Made by a program: the position numbers and the translations under genes
The notes under the pieces: model-generated
The model's input: the letters and a program-made list of their open reading frames with translations, nothing else
What the model was told of the DNA's origin: nothing
Database searches by the model: none
In this document: piece by piece, positions 1 through 10,000 of the stretch
Position numbering within the stretch: the first letter of the stretch is position 1
Layout: each line of letters begins with the position of its first letter
Assembly (NCBI GenBank): GCA_964564035.1
Contig: CAZLZN010000004.1
Location: forward strand, 10,632 to 74,631
From: an uncultured Gammaproteobacteria bacterium
Lineage (GTDB): Bacteria > Patescibacteriota > Microgenomatia > Levybacterales > UBA12049
Direction: 5' to 3'
DNA length: 64,000 bases

Positions 1-3000
1 AAAAAATTCTGGAAAAGTACAAAATTCAGGTTCTGGGCACGCCTATATCCGCAATACTCTTAACGGAGGACAGACAAAAATTCGCGAAGCATTTGAGCAA
101 AATAGGCATCCCTACCCCGGGATCCAAGGTAGCTACAAACCAAAAAGAAGCGATAAAAATTGTGGAGGAGATTGGATTTCCTGTCATGATACGCGCCGGA
201 TTTGCTTTGGGAGGACAGGGCAGCGGTGTCGCCAGGAACCATGCCGATCTTGAAAAAATAGTACAAAATGCACTGGCATTTGCTCCTCAGGTGCTGATCG
301 AAAAATATCTTCATCACTTCAAGGAAATTGAGTATGAAGTTGTGAGGGATAAATTTGATAACTGCATAACGGTCTGCAACATGGAAAATATGGATCCGCT
401 TGGTATTCATACCGGAGAGTCGGTGGTAGTGGCGCCAAGCCAAACGCTTACAAATGATGAATATCACGCACTGAGGACCGCGTCGATAGATATTGTAAGA
501 AGTCTCGGCATAATCGGAGAATGCAACGTGCAATTCGCGCTAAACCCCCACCCGCAACGCCGGCAAGCTGATTTACGTGGCGGGCGGGCCAACTCACGTA
601 CAAATTCTTCTAATTCTTCAAGCACAATCGACTATTATGTTATCGAGGTAAACGCCCGCCTGTCGCGCTCGAGCGCGCTTGCTTCCAAAGCCACCGGCTA
701 TCCGCTGGCATATATCGCGGCCAAGCTCGCTCTCGGCTATAACTTAACAAATCTGCAGAATAAGGTCACGGGAGTAACTCAGGCCTGTTTTGAACCCGCG
801 CTTGATTATATTGTAGTCAAAATACCGAGATGGGATTTTGAGAAATTCAAGGGCGCAAGCCAAAAACTCGGAAGCAGTATGAAGTCTGTAGGCGAAGTAA
901 TGGGAATCGGGCGGACATTTGAAGAGGCTTATCAAAAAGCTATACGAATGCTCGATCTGGAATTTGAAGGAGCTACGTCAGAGAGACTATTTGACGAAGA
1001 AGATAATATCAGGACGCACTTAAGCGATGCCACTCCAAAGCGAATGTTTTTGCTCGCAAAAGCCCTGCGCGGCGGCATAACTATAGATGAGATTTATAAG
1101 CTTTCGGGAGTTGATCCATGGTTTCTGAATAGAATTAAAAATATAGTTGACGCAGAGGAGTCGCTCAGGAAAAGATATGAAAAATATGCAGGCGCCAAAA
1201 AAATTAAATCGATAGATCTCAGCAAAATATTAGATCGCGGACAGCTTCTGAGCTTGAAGCAATTGGGTTTCTCGGATAAAAAGATCGGGGAACTGACTGG
1301 GACTACAGGGCTTGAAATAAGAAAATTCAGAAAAAGCCTGACCGTCATTCCGTCCATCCTTCAAATCGATACTCTGGCCGCGGAATTTCCGGCAAAAACA
1401 AATTATTTGTATATGACATACAACGCAAACCATAGCGATATAAAAAATATCGGTAAGGGAGGGATAATAGTCTTGGGCTCCGGGCCATACCGAATAGGTT
1501 CGTCGGTCGAGTTCGATTGGTGCAGTGTCAATACAATATTCGGACTTAAGGAATACGGAAAAAAATCAGTAGTAATTAATTGTAATCCGGAAACAGTTTC
1601 AACGGATTATGACATTTCGGACAGATTATATTTTGAAGAGCTAACTTTTGAGAGGATAACCGATATTTATGAATTTGAGTCGCCTCTGGGAATTATCGTA
1701 TCTGTCGGCGGTCAAACCCCGAATAACAGGGCAAAGGCTTTGCATGATTTTGGACTTAAGATACTCGGCACGAATCCTAATGACATTGACAGGGCTGAAA
1801 ACAGAAGTAAGTTCTCGGCAATGCTTGACCAGCTAAACATCAAACAACCGGCGTGGGAAGCGTTTTCTACACTCGAAGACGCCGAGAGGTTTGCCGAAAA
1901 AGTCGGATTTCCAGTAATCATCAGGCCATCATATGTGCTGTCCGGGGCGGCCATGAATTTATGCTTCAGCAATAAAGACTTGGAAAAATATATAAATGAA
2001 GCAACCAAAATATCGCAGGAATATCCTGTTACGGTATCAAAGTTTTTCGACCGGGCAAAAGAAATTGAACTGGATGCTGTCGCGCAAAACGGTGAGGTAA
2101 AAGCCGCAATAATATCCGAACATATCGAATATGCAGGTGTTCATTCGGGAGACGCGAGCATAATGCTTCCGCCTCAAACTCTCCGGCGTGACATGCAAAA
2201 TAGAATGCACGCGGCAGGGGAGAACATCGCGAAAGTCCTCAAAATAACAGGGCCGTTTAATATACAGTTTTTACTTAAAGATGATGAGATTTATATAATA
2301 GAGACAAACTTGAGAGCGTCGAGAACTTTTCCTTTTATCGCAAAAGTGACAGGGGTTAACCTGATTACTTTATTTACAAAATCTTTGTTTGAAAAATATA
2401 TTCCGAAAGTAGCAATGCCTATTTATAAATTTTGCGCTGTTAAAGTTCCGCAGTTTTCTTTCGCCAGGCTTACCGGCGCGGAGCCAAAGGTCGGAATCGA
2501 AATGGCCTCGACAGGAGAAGTGGCGTGCTTCGGCGAAGACATAGAAGAAGCTTATTTGAAAGCTCTGCTTTCAGTTTCGCCAAAAATTCCTGAAAAGGGG
2601 ATTTTTGTCAGTATAGGCGGAGATGATAAAAAGGCGGCATTTTTGAAAACTGCCAAATTATTACCTGAACTCAAAAGGCCAATCTATGCTACAGAAAAAA
2701 CTCATAAATTTTTGACCGAAAACGGTATTAGAGCAAAGATGCTTTATAAAATCCATGAGCAAAAGTCGCCAAACATAATTGATGAATTCCAGGCGAATAA
2801 AATTGACCTCTGCATAAATATTACAGATAAAAATGTTAAGAAAGAGGTTAATGACGATTACATGATCAGACGAACAGCCGCCGATAATAATATCTTTGTA
2901 TTTACAAAGATCAAAACGACACAGCTCTTTATTTCCTCCATGGTCAAAAAAGGGTTGAGTGGTCTCAAAATCAAATCATGGAACGATTATTTGAAAGCCA

Positions 3001-3005
3001 CTTGA
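1..3005 (+). CDS. carB: carbamoyl-phosphate synthase large subunit (5' end outside window)
   Basis: The frame of ORF 93..3005 stays open back to nt 3 (KILEKYKIQVLGTPISAILLTEDRQKF..), so the TTG at 93 is internal. Two ATP-grasp halves are present (..YYVIEVNARLSRSSALASKATGYPLA.. and ..IYIIETNLRASRTFPFIAKVTG..), plus a C-terminal MGS-like domain. TGA stop at 3003-3005. Confidence 0.95.
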   Translation, partial: KILEKYKIQVLGTPISAILLTEDRQKFAKHLSKIGIPTPGSKVATNQKEAIKIVEEIGFPVMIRAGFALGGQGSGVARNHADLEKIVQNALAFAPQVLIEKYLHHFKEIEYEVVRDKFDNCITVCNMENMDPLGIHTGESVVVAPSQTLTNDEYHALRTASIDIVRSLGIIGECNVQFALNPHPQRRQADLRGGRANSRTNSSNSSSTIDYYVIEVNARLSRSSALASKATGYPLAYIAAKLALGYNLTNLQNKVTGVTQACFEPALDYIVVKIPRWDFEKFKGASQKLGSSMKSVGEVMGIGRTFEEAYQKAIRMLDLEFEGATSERLFDEEDNIRTHLSDATPKRMFLLAKALRGGITIDEIYKLSGVDPWFLNRIKNIVDAEESLRKRYEKYAGAKKIKSIDLSKILDRGQLLSLKQLGFSDKKIGELTGTTGLEIRKFRKSLTVIPSILQIDTLAAEFPAKTNYLYMTYNANHSDIKNIGKGGIIVLGSGPYRIGSSVEFDWCSVNTIFGLKEYGKKSVVINCNPETVSTDYDISDRLYFEELTFERITDIYEFESPLGIIVSVGGQTPNNRAKALHDFGLKILGTNPNDIDRAENRSKFSAMLDQLNIKQPAWEAFSTLEDAERFAEKVGFPVIIRPSYVLSGAAMNLCFSNKDLEKYINEATKISQEYPVTVSKFFDRAKEIELDAVAQNGEVKAAIISEHIEYAGVHSGDASIMLPPQTLRRDMQNRMHAAGENIAKVLKITGPFNIQFLLKDDEIYIIETNLRASRTFPFIAKVTGVNLITLFTKSLFEKYIPKVAMPIYKFCAVKVPQFSFARLTGAEPKVGIEMASTGEVACFGEDIEEAYLKALLSVSPKIPEKGIFVSIGGDDKKAAFLKTAKLLPELKRPIYATEKTHKFLTENGIRAKMLYKIHEQKSPNIIDEFQANKIDLCINITDKNVKKEVNDDYMIRRTAADNNIFVFTKIKTTQLFISSMVKKGLSGLKIKSWNDYLKAT

Positions 3006-3030
3006 AATTTAGCTAAAAATATCCTATAAT

Positions 3031-3696
3031 ATGCCAATGAGAAAACTGTTAGCCATATTCGCACTTTTTTTATCGGTCTTTTTTATATTCAGCCTCAAAG
3101 CTGAAGCGAATGAGGGAGTGATCGAGCTTGACAGTGCCAGAGATACAAATCCCAGATGTTTTGTGATGTCAACGCTTGTAAACCGCTCTAGGACATATAA
3201 TCTCCTAGTAACTTGCAAGAATCTTATTTACCCGGTCGAGGATAACGGCAGATATTATATTCTATGGTCAGTTCCTGAGCCGGATCCGGATAAGCGCGAA
3301 AATGATAGACAAAACGAACGCGCAGAACGGCCGGAACGAATAGGGGATATAAAATTCGGCAAAGAGATGTTCAAGACGAGAAAACCTTTTAGTGAACTTT
3401 TTATAACTGTCGAGAACGAAAGATCACCCAGAGAGCCATCAAATAACAGGATAATGGAAGGCTTCGTTGATAATGTTGATTTTTTGGATAGCACTGGACT
3501 TGAAGACGAAGAGGAATCACAACTGACGCCTACACCATCGATTTCGCCTGCTTTATCGGTGACTCCGACTAAAGAGCCTGAGAATCGAAGCGGAGGGATT
3601 TTCCCCGCAGTTATTACAATAATTGTGCTCGTAATAACGATAATATTTATTATGGGAATCGTAATATATATCGTAAATAAAGTCCGCAATTCCTGA
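3031..3696 (+). CDS. hypothetical surface-anchored protein (signal-like N-terminus, C-terminal TM helix)
   Basis: N-terminus MPMRKLLAIFALFLSVFFIFSLKAEA, an acidic and Pro/Thr/Ser-rich linker, and a C-terminal hydrophobic helix AVITIIVLVITIIFIMGIVIYIV. No family recognised. Confidence 0.6.
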   Translation: MPMRKLLAIFALFLSVFFIFSLKAEANEGVIELDSARDTNPRCFVMSTLVNRSRTYNLLVTCKNLIYPVEDNGRYYILWSVPEPDPDKRENDRQNERAERPERIGDIKFGKEMFKTRKPFSELFITVENERSPREPSNNRIMEGFVDNVDFLDSTGLEDEEESQLTPTPSISPALSVTPTKEPENRSGGIFPAVITIIVLVITIIFIMGIVIYIVNKVRNS

Positions 3697-3733
3697 TCAT
3701 TGTCAATTGGTGATTTAATTGTATAATTGATTT

Positions 3734-4783
3734 ATGATCAGACTTCCGGGACTTATTGACCCTCACGTGCACCTCAGGGATCCGGGACAAACCAACAAAG
3801 AAGATTTCGAAACAGGGAGCAAAGCAGCTATCGCGGGGGGTTTTACAACAATTCTGGATATGCCGAATAATGCCGTGCCAATTACTTCAGGGCGTCTGCT
3901 AAATGAGAAAATTAAAATTGCCGAAAAAAAGATTTATTGCGATACGGGTTTTCATTTCGGGTCGCTGGGAGATAATTTCGATGAGTTCAAGAAAGTACAG
4001 GATAAAGTATTTGGTTTGAAAATATATTTGAATGTCACTACAGGCAATTTTCTGGTCGATGAAAATGTGTTTGAAAAAATATGCCAAAATTGGCCCGCGC
4101 AAAAACCTATTTTGGTTCACGCGGAACAGGATGTTCTGGAATCTATTCTGAAAATTGCCGAGGAAAATAATCAGAGAATTCACGTCTGTCATATAAGCTC
4201 CAAAAGCGAACTGGATATTATTTTGAAGGCAAAAGAAAAATATTCCAAAATTACGTGCGGCGTAACCCCGCATCATCTTTTTTTGAATAAAAATGATCTT
4301 TCGCGAATTGGTTCTTACGGCAATGTAAAGCCTTTTCTGAAAACCCCGGAGGATAATAAATATTTATGGGAAAATCTGAAATATATCGATATAATTGAAT
4401 CCGACCATGCACCGCATACAAAGGAGGAAAAGACAAGCAGTAATCCGCCGTTTGGAATCGCGAATCTGGAAACTACACTCGCGCTCCTTGTTACAGAGTT
4501 AAATAATAATAAAATCTCAATTGATGAAATTTTGAGACTGTGTTATTTTGGCCCGGCGAAAATTTTCGGGATAACACGCAATGAAAAAGATACTTTCGTG
4601 CAGGTTGATGAAAGCGAGGAATGGACAGTCGACAGCAGTAAGTTTTTTACAAAGTGCAAAACTTCTCCATATAACGGGATGAAATTGAGGGGGAGAGTGA
4701 AAGAGGTTACGATACGAGGCCATATGGTTTTTGAAGGCGGGAAGTTTCTACTAGATCAGGGAATTGGAAAAATTTTAAAATAG
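3734..4783 (+). CDS. pyrC: dihydroorotase
   Basis: Amidohydrolase metal-ligand motifs are present: LIDPHVHLRDPG near the N-terminus, then ..ILVHAEQ.., ..HVCHISS.. and ..ESDHAPH... It lies in a pyrimidine gene neighbourhood. Confidence 0.9.
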   Translation: MIRLPGLIDPHVHLRDPGQTNKEDFETGSKAAIAGGFTTILDMPNNAVPITSGRLLNEKIKIAEKKIYCDTGFHFGSLGDNFDEFKKVQDKVFGLKIYLNVTTGNFLVDENVFEKICQNWPAQKPILVHAEQDVLESILKIAEENNQRIHVCHISSKSELDIILKAKEKYSKITCGVTPHHLFLNKNDLSRIGSYGNVKPFLKTPEDNKYLWENLKYIDIIESDHAPHTKEEKTSSNPPFGIANLETTLALLVTELNNNKISIDEILRLCYFGPAKIFGITRNEKDTFVQVDESEEWTVDSSKFFTKCKTSPYNGMKLRGRVKEVTIRGHMVFEGGKFLLDQGIGKILK

Positions 4784-4829
4784 AAAAAGTATTGTTAGGA
4801 ATTAATTTAAATGCTAGAATAATCTTCAT

Positions 4830-5048
4830 ATGAAAAAGCAAAGTCTAAATATAATTTCGTGGAAAGAGGACAACATATATATTGCCAAATTATTAGAGCT
4901 TGAACTTGCCAGTCAGGGTAAAACGCAGAAGGAGGCAATAAAAAATCTGTAAGAAGCTTTTAGTCTTTACCTTGAAGATGAAGATACAAGTAAGTTACAA
5001 TTACCCGACATAAAGGAACTGTCTACTCAAATCTTCTCTATTCATTGA
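4830..5048 (+). pseudogene. HicB/UPF0150-like antitoxin gene interrupted by an in-frame TAA
   Basis: ATG 4830 gives MKKQSLNIISWKEDNIYIAKLLELELASQGKTQKEAIKNL, then TAA (4950-4952). The same frame continues EAFSLYLEDEDTSKLQLPDIKELSTQIFSIH to TGA 5046-5048. Read through, it matches the HicB N-domain pattern (..G.T..EA..N..EA..LYLE..). No HicA partner is adjacent. Confidence 0.6.
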
Positions 5049-5084
5049 TGAGCAAGCTTTATTCCGGTCAAAATCATTTATAGT

Positions 5085-6161
5085 ATGAAGACGCCATTTT
5101 ACGATCCGGGGAAAACTTATGATGAAAATTATGACAAGGGGCCGTTTGGGGCTTTTGCCGATAATGAGGTATTTGAGCAAAAAGGAGAGCCAAGGTATGA
5201 TTTTCTGGGTCAAAAAGTGCATCTGCCTTTTGGGATTCCGGCCGGACCGATACTCAATAGCAAATATGTAAAAGCCGCGTTTGAAAAAGGATTTGATCTG
5301 GTTGTATACAAAACAATAAGAAGTGATATATTCCCGTGCCACCCGCTTCCAAATATCGTCCCTCTGGATGTGGAGGGGGATTTGTCATTAAAAAAGCTTC
5401 AGGAACCGTTAGTAACTAAAGATAAATATGATGAGCCTCTAACAATCACAAATTCGTTCGGGGTTCCGTCGAAAAAAGCCGCAGTATGGCAGGATGATGT
5501 CAGAAAAGCGCTTTCGTACGCAGGACGAGGTCAAGTGCTGATACTAAGCTTTATGGGGACAGTTAGACCCAATCAAACTCAGGACGAGTTTGTCGCCGAC
5601 TATATTCTGGCCGGTCAATTGGCGCTCGCGACCGGCGTAAAGATAATAGAGGCCAATTTGTCCTGTCCCAATATCGGCAATGAAGGATTGGTATGCTACA
5701 ACCTGGACGTGACCGAGAAAATCGCTAAAGGTCTTAAAAAGATAAAAAAGGATGTTCCTCTTATTTTGAAAGTCGGGTATTATCAGGATGATAAGCAAAT
5801 TTTCAGACTTGCTAAAATCGCGCATAAATACGCGGATTCTATAGCGGTCATAAATACCCTGCAGGGGACAATTGTTGATAAAAACGGTGATCAGGCGCTA
5901 CCCGGAAAAAACAGATTGCGATCGGGCGTTTGCGGCGCGGCAATCAAGTGGGCCGGGATCGAAATGGTTAAAAAGTTGACCAAGATCAGATCGGGTGAAA
6001 AATATAACTTTTCTATTGAGGGAATCGGCGGCGTTATGACGCCCAGTGATTATGTGGATTACAAAAAGGCCGGGGCAGATTCGGTTATGTCTGCAACAGG
6101 CGCAATGTGGAATCCATATCTCGCGCAAGAAATAAAAAATTCAATCAGAGGGGCTGAGTAG
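5085..6161 (+). CDS. pyrD: dihydroorotate dehydrogenase family protein (class 1-like, Cys active site)
   Basis: DHO_dh TIM-barrel motifs: ..NSFGVPS.., ..IEANLSCPN.. (class 1 Cys loop), and ..GIGGV..DYVDY..AGADSV... Located in the pyr neighbourhood. Confidence 0.85.
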   Translation: MKTPFYDPGKTYDENYDKGPFGAFADNEVFEQKGEPRYDFLGQKVHLPFGIPAGPILNSKYVKAAFEKGFDLVVYKTIRSDIFPCHPLPNIVPLDVEGDLSLKKLQEPLVTKDKYDEPLTITNSFGVPSKKAAVWQDDVRKALSYAGRGQVLILSFMGTVRPNQTQDEFVADYILAGQLALATGVKIIEANLSCPNIGNEGLVCYNLDVTEKIAKGLKKIKKDVPLILKVGYYQDDKQIFRLAKIAHKYADSIAVINTLQGTIVDKNGDQALPGKNRLRSGVCGAAIKWAGIEMVKKLTKIRSGEKYNFSIEGIGGVMTPSDYVDYKKAGADSVMSATGAMWNPYLAQEIKNSIRGAE

Positions 6162-6918
6162 GGACCGGTGTATAAGTGGGCAAAAATCTAGGCGCCTTAT
6201 CATAGCCGAAAATAATCACTATGTCCGCGTCATTAGGTCTGATTTCTCCCGCCGGATAATTAGAAATTTCTATTCCCATAGAATCCGCCAATTCCTGAGC
6301 ATCCGCTCGAGCATTTTGGTTAACCGGGATCACAACCGATGACGAATATGTGTTTACCGATGCGTTTTCGCGCCTCAGGATCAGAGCGTCAGGAAGAGCC
6401 AATTTGACGTCCTGCTCATATGTATTGGTCAAGCCGGACACTGCGGTTCCGTTTCTCAAAACAATTTTTGTTTGCTCCGCTTCGCTTGCTTTTGCCTGAT
6501 CTATACCGTTATTTATGTTCATGCTTAGCGAGGTCACTTCAATCAATTTACCCGTAGACGGGCGATAAAGGTAAGCCTTGCGGGATTTTTCGTAAATCAG
6601 CACCTTATCGCCGTTTTCGCTTCTGATAAAAAACTCCTGATCCTTGAGCTTGGCTTTATCGGACACAGTAGCCAGGACAGGCTCTTCGCCAACCGGCAAC
6701 TCGATCAGACGGGAAATTTTGGCAGTCAGCATTCTGGCTTCTTCCAGAGCCGCTTCCTGTGAGTTTTTTTTCAGATTCTGATACTGACTATAGAAATAGT
6801 ATGAGGGAATAAAGGCCAAAATTATTATAGCGACTGCGGATATCGAAATTATAATAGTTATTTTCTTATTTAGTTTTGGTTTGAATTTTTGGATTTTGGA
6901 ATATAATCGCCTGAGCAT
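6145..6918 (-). CDS. membrane-anchored LytR_C domain protein
   Basis: The C-terminal part (KIVLRNGTAVSGLTNTYEQ..ADAQELADSMGI..DADIVIIFGYD) looks like a LytR_C domain. There is an N-terminal signal-anchor helix. I prefer ATG 6918 (MLRRLYSKIQKF..) to the TTG at 6984 used by the ORF track. The 3' end overlaps pyrD by 17 nt (convergent). Confidence 0.65.
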   Translation of the reverse strand: MLRRLYSKIQKFKPKLNKKITIIISISAVAIIILAFIPSYYFYSQYQNLKKNSQEAALEEARMLTAKISRLIELPVGEEPVLATVSDKAKLKDQEFFIRSENGDKVLIYEKSRKAYLYRPSTGKLIEVTSLSMNINNGIDQAKASEAEQTKIVLRNGTAVSGLTNTYEQDVKLALPDALILRRENASVNTYSSSVVIPVNQNARADAQELADSMGIEISNYPAGEIRPNDADIVIIFGYDKAPRFLPTYTPVPTQPL

Positions 6919-7021
6919 AGCTAAATAATCATAATAACTATAAAATAAAAAGTCAATTTGAATCAACAGCTTGACAAACGGCAATACATGAGCTTATTAT
7001 TAAAATAGAGTTAACTCATAT

Positions 7022-10000
7022 ATGATTCACTTGCTCAAATTCTTATATCTCCTGCCATTTAATCTTCTTATTTTCACCCTCATCACTTCCTCAATAATAC
7101 CTTCCGTTCACGCGGCGGACGGCACAGGCACGTGGACACAGATTTCCGATATGCCATCATCTCATTCCAATGCAAGCGGTATAATTACTTTAAATAGCGG
7201 AAAGGTACTTATAACTACGGGTACAGGCCAGAACGGAATTACAAGCAAAAGCGAGCTGTTTGATCCATTGACACGCACATGGTCCTCAACCGGAGACGTT
7301 AATGAGGGGCGTAATTTATACGGCAATGCAATTGTAAAGCTACCTGATGGGAATATAATGATTGCAGGCGGTGAAGGACCGGGTGTTACAGATATAGGAT
7401 CGGTTGAGATCTATGATCCACAAACAGAAAGCTGGTCATTTACTGATCCTCTAGCAACACCCAGGCGTTACGCAGCTATAGTTCTTGAAAACGGCAAAGT
7501 GCTTGTTACGGCGGGCGCCAATGGAATTCCAAATAATGACCGTTTTCTCTCCTCAACCGAAATTTATGATCCGGCAACAGACACATGGTCATCCTCGGGC
7601 GCTCTGAATGTAGCCCGTGAAGGAGTAATCGATATTGTTTTACTCAAAAACGGAAAAGTACTTCTCGCAGGAGGATATACCCTAAATGATAAAATGACAA
7701 ACATCGCTGAAATATATGATCCGGCTACCGGAATTTGGTCAACATCACAAATACCTGTTGAGGGCGGCTGGAGCGGAGGCTCTATGACTGTTCTTGAAAA
7801 CGGCAAAGTACTACTGGCCGGAGGAGTAATTGGCTACTGGACAAATAATACTACAGCTACAAATAAATCGTGGCTTTACGATCCATCCAACAACACTTGG
7901 TCCATGACAGGCTCTATGAGTACAAACCGTAACGGACATAGCAGTGCGCTTCTCGCCGACGGTAAAGTATTGATGATAGGTGGAGGATCAAATCAAACAA
8001 ATATATATGATCCGGCACGCGGAACATGGGCTCTTTCAAAGACTACCAAATATCCGGCGTACAATGGCATCGCTAGCCTGCAAAATGGCGATGTGCTTGC
8101 AATAGGAGGAGATCCTGAGGGTAAATCCGCCGAGCTATTCACAAACGAGCCTGTTCTTCCGACACCGACAAGCACCCCAACCCCCACAGCAACTCCTACT
8201 CCTACCCCCAAACTCCCGGTCATCCTGATACCGGGCATCATGGGAAGTGAATTTGAAGTGAAAGAAACAATTGCTAATTCAGGGATAAAACAGTGCCTCA
8301 ATCCGCTTGAGGATTATGAGTATAATCAAGGAGATACTGTGTGGCTTAATCAGGATATTAATATACTCAGAGATAATATTTTATGCGGTAAATATCTTGA
8401 CATATTAAAAATGGATGAGAATGGCAACGAGATATATCCACAAATAGGATTAAAAAATAATTTGGTAACAGCAAAAATTTTTGAACAGCATATTGGCTAC
8501 TACGATACCATTCCTTTCTTTTTGGAAAAAGGGTACATGCTTAACAAAGACTTCTTCATTTTTCCCTATGACTGGCGCAAAGACCTGACAGATAATATAT
8601 TTCTGCTCGATGAAAAAATAAATAACGCCACAACCAGCGCCGGAACAACCAAAGCACAAATTGTTGCCCACAGCATGGGTGGACTTATAGCGCGTGACTT
8701 TATCCGCGACCCTGAACGTGCTGAGAAAGTAGATGCCATAATTGAACTCGGTACGCCTCATGCAGGAACACCAGCCTTTCTTGCACATTTACTATATGAT
8801 AAATGCATTAAGCACTTTGGAGTTTGCATAATTAATGGAGAGAAGATTAACAGTCTTGTACAGAACTTTCCCGGTGCTCACCAGCTCATGCCTAGTAAAC
8901 TATATTATGAACTATACTTTCGTCCTCAAGATTATCCGTTTAAAGACAGCCGGGATATTGACGGAAACGGAGTAAAAGACGCATTAAATTACGATCAAGC
9001 AAATATATTGTTATCTAATTTGGGAAAGAACATGAATCTGATTAACAAAGCCGAATTGTACCACGATTCACTGGACACAACATATGGCAATACTAATGGT
9101 GTAAAAACCTATATAATTGCAGGCTCTGGGCAGCCAACCATTGGACAGATCCATGATTATTACGGTTTTACTCTCTGGAATAACAGGTTAGAGCTTCCCT
9201 TTGGAGAGCCAAAATTAGATGCAGATGCGATAAACGGAGATGATACAGTGCCGATTCTGAGCGCTACCCTTGGAAAACTTAGTAATGTCTTTTATGTGAA
9301 TCAGGGCCATAACAGCCTCCCGACAGGAACTGCTATGAGTTTGGCCTACAATCTTCTTACTGCTCAATCTACCGATATTCCGGGAGTAAGCACAATACCT
9401 TTCGCATTTAGCGGACAAATAATATCTGTACATAGCCCTGTCCTTCTTCACGCGTACGACAGCGAAGGACGCCATACCGGCCCCAGAGATGACGGAACAA
9501 TTGAGCTAGGTATCCCCGGCTCGTCCTATGACTATCTGAGGGATTCTAAATTTATCTATCTGCCGGAAGGCGAAAACTATAATATCAAAACAAAAGCAAC
9601 AGACGAGGGAAGCTTTGACCTCAAGATCAAGAAATACTCGGAAAGCGCTCTAACCAAAGAACATATCTTCCTAGCTATTCCTCAGACAGATGAAACAACG
9701 TCTTTCATGGTGCTAAATACAGATACTCCTGAACTTCAGGTGGATAAGGATAACAACGGCACAGTAGACCTTACTCTCACCTCGTCAAGCACTCTCACAG
9801 GCGATGATCTTACTGACACTCAAGCCCCTGTCACAACAGCTGCGCTAAACGGATCACAAGGCGCAAATGACTGGCACACATCAGATGTAACACTTTCATT
9901 TACAGGTGAAGACTCGGGCGCAGGAATACTAAAGACGTATTATTACAAGGACACGGATCAAGTCCTGCATGATGCAGACGCGCCAATAACTATCAATACC

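Noticed and set aside
5001-5342. 113-aa minus-strand ORF across the HicB-like relic and the pyrD 5' end.
   Set aside because: It is antisense to pyrD, which has conserved motifs, and no motif supports it.
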